DNA of 64,000 nucleotides from Octopus sinensis (Eukaryota): NCBI RefSeq assembly GCF_006345805.1, contig NC_043002.1, positions 28,582,001 to 28,646,000 of the forward strand, read 5' to 3'. Shown piece by piece: positions 55,480 to 64,000 of this stretch (position 1 is its first letter; each line of letters starts with the position of its first letter). The notes under the pieces were generated by a model. It saw only the letters and a program-made list of their open reading frames with translations, ran no database searches and was not told where the DNA came from. The position numbers and the translations under genes were made by a program.

Positions 55480-56900
55480 TTTATGCTTTTCAATTTCTTT
55501 ATATGGTTCACGCTGCACAAATACAACGTAGAGTTTAAAGTGTGGATGAATGTTGCATGTCATATGCCTCCTGGTTATGTTTTCTTTGTAAGAGATTGAT
55601 GTATTATTTGATAAAAGTGCATGGTGAGGTATTTTTGAATAAGGGTTTCTATAGGGCCATCACTCAAGATTTTTCAGGAAATTGTTAGGTATAAATCATT
55701 AAACAATTAATATCAAAATAATTCAATGTTCTTGAAGATTAACTACTAAACCATATTTTACTGCTAAACCATACTTAATCTGTTATTTTGAGAATACTGT
55801 GATACAGCGTGTCCTCCTTGGCACTGTTCATAAAACATACGCACATAAAATTTTACCACATAAATGTAGTAAGAAAGAAAAACTTACTTCCCAGGCATGT
55901 CAGGCATTCCAGTAATAATCTTAGATTGTATGTACTCAAGAAAAATCATTAAGATAACTCTGCTCCAGTTGCTCGATTCTTAACCGGATCGTTTTGTAGC
56001 AATATTGTAGCAATATGATACATCATCACACATATGACACAATAAATCAGAATGACCTAGATGTTTTTAAAACTGCTAAACGCTTCTCATACGCACTATG
56101 ATCTGCAACCATACCTATAAAATTACTAGGTGCATTGTTGTTAGCCAAGATTTTGTGTTCTTATATCCATCGACCCATGTTAATATTGTCTCGAGGGGGG
56201 TTTCGGAAAAATTTATGACTGATATCAGCTTCCCCAACGCTGATGACACTGTGAATTTGTTTGGCCCAATTTAACAATTCATTTCATTCCCTGATAGTTC
56301 CTAAATGTCATAAACAAACGTGGACACACTGGACATGGGAGGTTTTTACACCAATGAAGAGAGTTTCCACATATACAATGTCCTCAAATGTGCCTTGTTG
56401 TAAAACTGTGCGATAATATGATTCAACATTTATATCGAGTTGAATTTATTCATGGTTACTCGCAAGGAATAATGTTTGAGTTTGACACGTTATAATTCTG
56501 ATTAATGCTGAATTTATTTCTCGTACAAATATCTGATCATAGAGTATGGGTGTTATAGCGTAATGATCCAAACAATTCACAAAAATCTCTACGCATCAAC
56601 TTTTTTGCATGCTTGATTTTTCTGCCTATGTCAGAAAAATGACATGCTGACATAATCGAAGATCGTAGTACTTAGGAAGCATTACGATCAGCAACAGCAT
56701 CTACACCATTCACCACTCTGTTTGCCTTGCTATGTTGTAGTTTGTCGTAAGAATCTCTATTATGAGTATTCCTCCGTTATTCAGAAGTTTAGTTGTCACA
56801 ATACCAACTCCTAATGATTTCTTGTCTGGTCTACAAAATATGAGGAAACCGCCTCTACGACTGCATCTGGAACTGAGAAAGATATATACTTCCATTGGTG
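55480..56900 (-). mobile_element. Possible very old Helitron Rep remnant
   Basis: Weak colinear motif echoes (PSNFIG, HLGHSDLL, SYYIYVVKF) resembling PSSFIG / GKPDLF / YVVEFQ; many stops. Confidence 0.3.
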
Positions 56901-57030
56901 AAGTTGATATTTCAAAACTTAATTTTTATTGAAAACAAAATCAAGGCTAGCGGGATATGAAATTTAATGCTGGTTTTGAATTATCATAGTAGAATCACCA
57001 ATAAGGCAAAATGAATAAATATAATCTTAC

Positions 57031-57119
57031 TGGTACATTTTTCGAGATGGAGGTCGTCGAAGTGCTTTTTACACTTGTGTTTCTCCTCATCAGCACATAG
57101 CATGTATACTCGGAGGCGT
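57031..57119 (-). CDS. Six-Cys repeat gene, 89-nt B-type exon
   Basis: tatattccAG|...|GTaaga; RLRVYMLCADEEKHKCKKHFDDLHLEKCT; phase 2/1. Confidence 0.87.
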
Positions 57120-58229
57120 CTGGAATATACAAACAGGAGAAAAATAGTTTCCCAAGAAGAATGCTGAAGATGTTTAAAATATTTTCGATTATTGATGTAC
57201 CGATTTTAAACGTTACTAGTATTGACAAATTATGTACCAGTTTTAAATACCCAGTTATAGATACATTGTTTATTTTCTTAGATCAAATTGCCACTGTGTC
57301 GAACTTTTATATACTTTATTTATTAACGATGACTTCGATGCCCTGTAGGGGATTCAATTCTAAACTTTGGGTGTTTGATATATGATCCTCTGAATCTTTC
57401 GTTTCATAATTTCAATTAACTTAATATTTAAATATTACTTTCTCAAGGACTGTGTTGATCTTGATTGAACTACAGGTTCAATGGCAATGCATAAAATCTA
57501 TACGACTGTGCCCTTATCGCTTGCCTCAAATTTTGGTAAATGATAGAGGTTTGAACAAAATAACTGAGAACACTGCATAAGACATTTAAATAGAAAGAAT
57601 ATCCTAACAACTAGGGCGCATGACTTAGCGCTCAGGATGTTGCTCTCTCAATGACGAGATCGAGGTTTCAATGTCTGGATCGGGTGATGGGATGTGTTCT
57701 TCAACATAATATTTCATATCATGTTGCATGGTGATCAGTTCGATGCCTGACATGCAGTGCAAGGAGGAGATAACGCCTATTTGATGGAAGGAGTGAGCTA
57801 ATGTGCAGCTCAAATATTGAATCACTATAAATAAATCGTTTCTGCATCCTGTTCATCAAGAAATTTCAGAACCGTTTTTCTCGGGCTACACGAAACTATC
57901 ATCATAAATAATTGTGAGTTTACAATTTTTATATAAACATATTTTTGATTCCTTAAGTAGAGCCCCCAAAATGCTATATTTTAATGGTTAATATTATTCG
58001 TTCTATTTTACTTATTTTGAATATCATATTCAGCGAAGGTATCAACAGGTATACGAGACGAAGACAAAAAGTGTCCTTACTGAAATATAAATGAAGACTT
58101 ATCAAATTATGTATTAAGCATTTCGAACCTATTAAAAACACTAAGGTCCCAACGTGCTGAAACTTTATTTTCGCTTATATTATACTAATACTTATCAAAA
58201 TATGATGATTACATATTCTGTTATAACCA

Positions 58230-60770
58230 TACAGGAGAGACCGGCAAGTGGAGACTCCATCATTAGTGGCCCAACCAACACTCATGTGAACAACCAAAAA
58301 GATGAAAGGATAAAAAAAATTTTAATTGAGAAAGGAAAGGAAATCAAATGCTGCTGAAAATTATCAGGGACAAATTGATGAAGACGGTGCAAATAAAAGA
58401 TAAGAAGAATCCAAAAATCATCTCCCAAGAAGAACAACCAAATAAAGAAATAACGTAGAATGTACATACATGAAAGTCCCAATAATTTAAAATTAAAGAA
58501 AATATTCAGACAAGAAAGAACCTGGAGAATAGAAATGGAAAATAAATGGGGAGCACACAGGTAAGTTTTACCTGCACGGTATCTGCTGACATGGAGACGA
58601 CCGTGTAAACTGCCGTTTTACAAACCGAAATCTGTGCCACAGCTGCATGAGGCAGTACGAAAATTTCCCTTCAGAATAACCAAAGGATAAACAAAAACAA
58701 TAAAGCGGTAAAAACATATAAGACTACCAGAGTCAATGGATCCAGGGTGGCCACAACTTATATCACCACGGAAACCACATCAATACTTTCACTAGATATT
58801 AAAGCACTCTTACAACTAACTAACCAAAACTCATTTTCTGAGATTTATTCATGGAACTCACCGAAAGACATCTCGCACCCAACATCTCAGATGCAGAAAT
58901 ACAATACAAAAGAATATTATATCACGAACCGATAGAAAAGACAGGAGTCACAGCGAAGTTGCAATGTACATATGTGATGGCCACACAGTCTACGTGTTTT
59001 TGGCAGACTCAAATTCGGTATGTGACACACTAACTGTACATATAAGGCAACTCTGTATAGTTATATGTGCTATTTATCGCCCATCAAATGCTCCAAGTAA
59101 CAGGGGCTGATTTGAACACTGCCTTATATGCAATACAAGCACTCCTATACAGATTACAGCAACACATCCTCAACCTGCGCAACGTTGGATAATTTGAAAT
59201 CCTTTTCCTCACAATAATAACGCAGTGTAAAGGAGCCCTAGCAAAACAACTGCAGTCTTCTCTCTGAGTTTCCTCGCAAGTGACAGGCTTCTTTCAGGTC
59301 AGATGAAGGAAGGAATAATACGTCGTATTCATAAAGGAGATAGGAGAGCGGATGCAAAAGAGTTAGGACTGTCTCTTTAACTTTGCATATCAACAAAACC
59401 AGAATCCGTTGGAAAGTAATCGCGTTCTTTAAAGAATATGACCTGCTGGCTGACATCCAACATGGTTTGCAAACAGAAAAATGCTAACTTACACAGCCTT
59501 TACAAAACTATGATTGGGTTTCGAAGCAGCTGTTTAACCACTCAAATGTGGATGGGATAAATCTCGACTTTGTGGAGGCCTTTGACAAATTTAATCTTGG
59601 AATGTCATGCCACAAGCTGCGTGACATCGGCATTATAGGAAAACCTGGACAGTAGCTACCCAAAATTTTACGAAATTTTAATAAATAGGAGTCAGGCTGT
59701 GGTGGCAAATAGAGTTACCTTCAAGGTAACACCGATGGTGAATGATGTCTTTGGACTACAAATGTTCATAGAGGCCTTCTTAGATATGCTCCATGCACAC
59801 ATAGAGCAACCCTGACAGGCTATGCAATGACACAAAATTCTCACAGATAATACAAAACCCTGAATATGGCATTCACTTGCAACAAGAATTAGATGTAATA
59901 TAGAAGTGTGCTAACCACAATTACATACACTTTAAAAATTGAAAGTTCCAAGCCCTTCATTATCAGTAAAGTTAAATCCAATGCAGACAAAATACATTAG
60001 ACCTAGAGGGACTCAATCAGCACCTAACATGGGCATTGACAAGCCAAGATTAGTGATGCATCCTTCCATGTGCATATTACTAAGTTGATTACGAAATACA
60101 GGTGGCTTACCGGATGCATTTTTAAACTTACACTTCAAGAGAGCCGGAAACCATGATGGTCCTAAAGAGAAATATGTGTTAAATCATCTTGACTATTGCA
60201 CTATGCTCACCGAACAAAGTGAGATTAATAGCAGAACGTGAAGTAGTCTTGGGAGGCTACATGAAAAAAGATAGGCTCAATGAAGCAAATTAGCTACTGG
60301 GAAAGACTAGAAGCTTTCGGATCTTACTCATTGGAGTGAAGACTGGGAAAATATGTCACAATATATATCTGGACGATCCTAGAAGGACTTGTCGTAAGCT
60401 TTGCGTTGAAAGATATAAAAACATCAGAATAATGCGCCATGTTGTAATGTCTAAATCCCTCACTTGTCATCAAAATGTAGGACCATATCCTGCAATAGCT
60501 TGGGATTCAAGGGACCACAGCCCTTCAATATCCTCCCGAAAGGGATGAGAGATCTACACAGTGTGGATGTAGATGTCTCCAAAACTGAATTAGATCTCCT
60601 GCTAGCAAGAGTTCCAGATGAACCAACTTCATCGTAGGAAGTGCGAATGAGGGCAGCATCATCAAACTCCCGCTTTCACCAAATGCCAACTATAAAAGGG
60701 GAATTAATGAATGTGTAGCAACACCATACCGGGACACGGCAACAGCCCTTGAACTGAAAAAAGTAAAAAA
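58230..60770 (+). mobile_element. Decayed long CR1-clade LINE (intronic, antisense to the gene)
   Basis: Endonuclease echo IYRPSN; RT echoes QHG, NLDFVEAFDK, LDYC; 3' region homologous to 37650-38400. Confidence 0.72.
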
Positions 60771-60947
60771 TTAAACTTTTGTAAAATATAAGTGAAATAT
60801 AGAAAATTTTGCATCACCATCACCTGCGAATGTCTCAAGACTCTCCACTAATCCATGATTAAATATTCGAATGTATGACTGTATAGTTGAATATGTTAAA
60901 ATGTAAATACTATACGTTGTAAGAAAGCACTAAGAAAATATACATAC

Positions 60948-61038
60948 TGGCAGAAATTTGTATCTGGAATACGCATAGCATACGTATCTTCCGCTTCGCG
61001 ACAAATTTTTCGGAACTCGTCTATACATTTGTCATCAT
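60948..61038 (-). CDS. Six-Cys repeat gene, 91-nt A-type exon
   Basis: tgtcgtAG|...|GTatgt; DDKCIDEFRKICREAEDTYAMRIPDTNFC; phase 1/2. Confidence 0.85.
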
Positions 61039-61440
61039 CTACGACACGTAAAAATATGACAGATTATTTGCTTGTCAAAAATGAACATGATACAATGAGG
61101 AAATATTTGACGACACAACATACATTAAATAATTTAATTCTGGTCTTAATCAATATTAGATTTTTAATGTCTATTACGTTGCTTTCTGCCTGAATTGCTG
61201 CGACTTTTTGCGTGGCACTTGATGGACGTACTTCAGTTGTCCATTCCAATTTATCTGATGTAATGTGTATTGTGTAGTTTGTAATTCAAATGCATGATAA
61301 TTACAAAAGCTTGCGTACATGGAGGACTAAGGAAAAATGTCCGTACCATTAATATAAAGTCCATAGTTATGACCTAACTTGGCAAATGTAACGTGTTTTC
61401 TATTTGTTTTCTTAATTTACCATTTCGTCAATAAATATTC

Positions 61441-62050
61441 TTTTCTGTTCTAGGCACAGGGCCCAAAAGTTTTTTTTGGGGGTGCAGTCGATTAGATCGA
61501 TCCCAGTACGCAACTGGTACTTAGTTTATCGACCCCGAAACGATGAAAAGCAAAGTGGACCTCGGCGGAATTTGTACTCAGAACGTAAAGACAGATGAAA
61601 TACCTGAAATACCGCTAAGCATTTCGCTAGGCGTGCTAACGTTTCTTTTCTTTACTGTCCACAAGGGGCTACACAGAGGGGACAAACAAGGACCGACAAA
61701 CGGATTAAGTCGATTAGATCGACCCCAGTGAGTAACTATTACTTATTTAATCGACCTCGAATGGATGAAAGGCAAAGTCGACCTCGGCGGAATTCGAATT
61801 CAGAACGTAGCGGCAGACGAAATACCTATTTCTTTACTACCCACAAGAGGCTAAACACAGAGACGACAAACAAGGACAGACAAATGGATTAAGTCGATTA
61901 TATCGACCCCAGTACGTAACTGGTACTTATTTAATCGACCCCGAAAGGCAAAGTCGACCTCGGCGGAATTTGAACTCAGAACACAGCGGCAGACGAAATA
62001 CTGGTAAGCATTTCGCCCGGCGTGCTAACGTTTCTGTCAGCTTGCCGCCT
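61441..62050 (-). mobile_element. SINE family C multimer
   Basis: Three tandem modules, reverse complement of the 32485-33200 type. Confidence 0.85.
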
Positions 62051-62088
62051 TTCGGTCAATAAATATTACCTAATAAAAAACATCTTAC

Positions 62089-62177
62089 CCGGACAATTAT
62101 CAAGAGAGAGTCTTTGGAAAAATTCCCAGCACTGCTTACTGGCTTGTTCAGCACAAGATTTATAGATGATAAGGCGC
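62089..62177 (-). CDS. Six-Cys repeat gene, 89-nt B-type exon
   Basis: ttttcatcttccAG|...|GTaaga; RLIIYKSCAEQASKQCWEFFQRLSLDNCP; phase 2/1. Confidence 0.87.
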
Positions 62178-62465
62178 CTGGAAGATGAAAATAAGTATGA
62201 ATAATCGCGTTCTTGCATTGCTGACAGTTTTGTCCGTGTGTTACTCTTGCGTCAAAGGTGATAAAAATCGTAAGAACTATTTATATATGTATGTATGCAT
62301 GTGCGTGTGTGCGCGCGTATATGTGTGTGTATGCACGCGTGCGTTCGTGTATATATATATATATATATATCTAATGTAGGATAACATTTTTTTGAAAAAA
62401 AATTCTTTTCGAAAAAAATTTTATCAATGGCCAGCATATTAAAAAATACATTTAAAGGTTAAATT

Positions 62466-62818
62466 TATAAACAATTCATAAATAAGGGCAAACGAAAAAA
62501 TTTCTAATGCCAAATATGCCGAAAAATTGGACATATTGTCCATTAACCATATACTTTTTTCACAATACGCACACTACTCGAAGAAAGGTCGACAGAAATT
62601 TCTAAAAAATTCCATTATTACCATATCGGACCGATTTCGGACCCTGAAATCGGTCCGATATGGTAATAATGGAATTTTTTAGAAATTTCTGTCGACCTTT
62701 CTTCGAGTAGTGTGCGTATTGTGAAAAAAGTATATGGTTAATGGACAATATGTCCAATTTTTCGGCATATTTGGCATTAGAAATTTTTTCGTTTGCCCTT
62801 ATTTATGAATTGTTTATA
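62466..62818. repeat. Essentially perfect palindrome, 173-bp arms, 7-nt spacer
   Basis: Arms 62466-62638 and 62646-62818; each arm begins at the centre with a hammerhead-like 3' half GAAA-tcgg-TC. Confidence 0.93.
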
Positions 62819-62834
62819 TTTATATATATATATG

Positions 62835-62922
<88 letters not shown>

Positions 62923-64000
62923 GATAAAGAGAAGGAGGATGAGGAGAAGGCCGCTATTATTCTGCTTTTGTGTGATCTAATCGCAATCGCAGTCTAAATG
63001 TTTAATATTGTGAAACAATTTCATGAAGTTTTATGAATTAATACGATAAAATATGTGCCGATGGATAGTTGAATTAAAGCGAATATCCGTGTTAGCAAAT
63101 AGCTGTAGATATCACGCTTTTATCTGTTAATGTTCAAGATCAAAGGCTACAACCATGCCGAGGCATCACCATTATTCATATTTTGTTTAGTTCAAATGAT
63201 TTCCGGTATTATGAGAGGAGATATACAGAAGGGAGTGAAGATAAGATTGCCTAGCTAGATAGATTGGTACATAGTTCAGTCTGTAGATATGGGTATATAG
63301 TTAGGTACATAGTTGAGTCTACAGATATACCAATATGTATAGAGAGATATATATTTATAGATATGTACCTGAATTGAACTCAAATGAAATGAAATGAAAA
63401 TAATCTTACCTGGTTGACTGAGCCGAGATGGTAGTTGGACAGCTTTTTCTATATATCAGCATATCGGTATCGTCAAAATTTCGATAGTTTTATTGATCAT
63501 AGAAATTGGCAAATCAACATAATGGGAAAAACCATTGCTAAATATCAGCAATCTTGTAAATCTGTTCTTGACCCTTATTTTGATATTGCTTTGTAGCTTT
63601 CTATGTTTGTGTGTTCGTTCATGTCGTTACTATTGTGGCAGTTATTGTTGATGTTCATGCTGTTACGGTAGTTTGTGAAGTTACTGTATATGTTTGTGTA
63701 CGTGTATTTTGGTTTGCTTACTCTATTCTTTGTACCCGCGCCTTTTCGTATAGTTTTTTTTTTGTTTATCTATCTATCTCTATTTCGTATATTTCGTCAT
63801 AAGTATGTGCATGTTTGTCTTTTGTTTGTACTAAAATGTTTGTATCTGTCATTCTTATCTTTCTCTCTTTAGTCGTCGTGTTGCATGGTATGGTAGTGGA
63901 TGAGTAATATTGTTCCATTCGTGTTTTTTGTTGACGCTTGGTCTGTTTATAACTATGTATGTGACCTCTGTAATCCACATAAATGTCGTGTCTGTTCTAT

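Noticed and set aside
57625-57825. 66-aa minus-strand ORF with an acceptor-like start
   Set aside because: Reading it in the host intron's phase hits a stop, there is no canonical donor, and I see no recognisable homology.
62117-62128. kappaB-like site ggaaaaattccc
   Set aside because: It lies inside a coding exon (W-E-F-F codons) of the minus-strand gene.
62185-62269. Plus-strand signal-peptide-like ORF (MKISMNNRVLALLTVLSVCYSCVKG) followed by GTAAG
   Set aside because: It overlaps the antisense of the acceptor region of the well-supported minus-strand exon at 62177, and no downstream plus-strand exons were found; likely coincidental.
63076-63120. Hammerhead-like remnant (aaagcgaatatc...aaa tagctg ta gatatcacgcttt)
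   Set aside because: CUGANGA core and stem II are absent; too decayed to call.
63410-63448. Possible upstream exon of the six-Cys gene (cag|GTAAGA donor)
   Set aside because: It lacks the 91-nt length and cysteine pattern of A-type exons, and the acceptor is weak; unresolved.

Overview
Eukaryotic, AT-rich, microsatellite-saturated genomic DNA. The repeat landscape strongly suggests an octopus/cephalopod genome (inference). Nearly all ORFs in the supplied track are simple-repeat artefacts. The real content is: (1) a minus-strand multi-exon gene (at least 5 exons, 51285-62177, probably continuing beyond the window) built from alternating 91-nt and 89-nt exons that splice in frame into tandem 60-aa six-cysteine repeats I cannot assign to a known family; (2) many Penelope-like element (PLE) relics, including a 415-aa RT-C-terminal/GIY-YIG ORF, plus about 9 type I hammerhead ribozyme motifs (intact to decayed) in tandem and inverted PLE terminal repeats, with two long palindromes folding back exactly inside hammerhead stem II; (3) mariner, DD37D/maT-like and pogo/Tc2-like DNA transposons, Helitrons and a Helentron-type element, RTE and CR1-clade LINE fragments, and three tRNA-derived SINE families; (4) one 100-N assembly gap. 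All calls were made by eye; no database search was possible.
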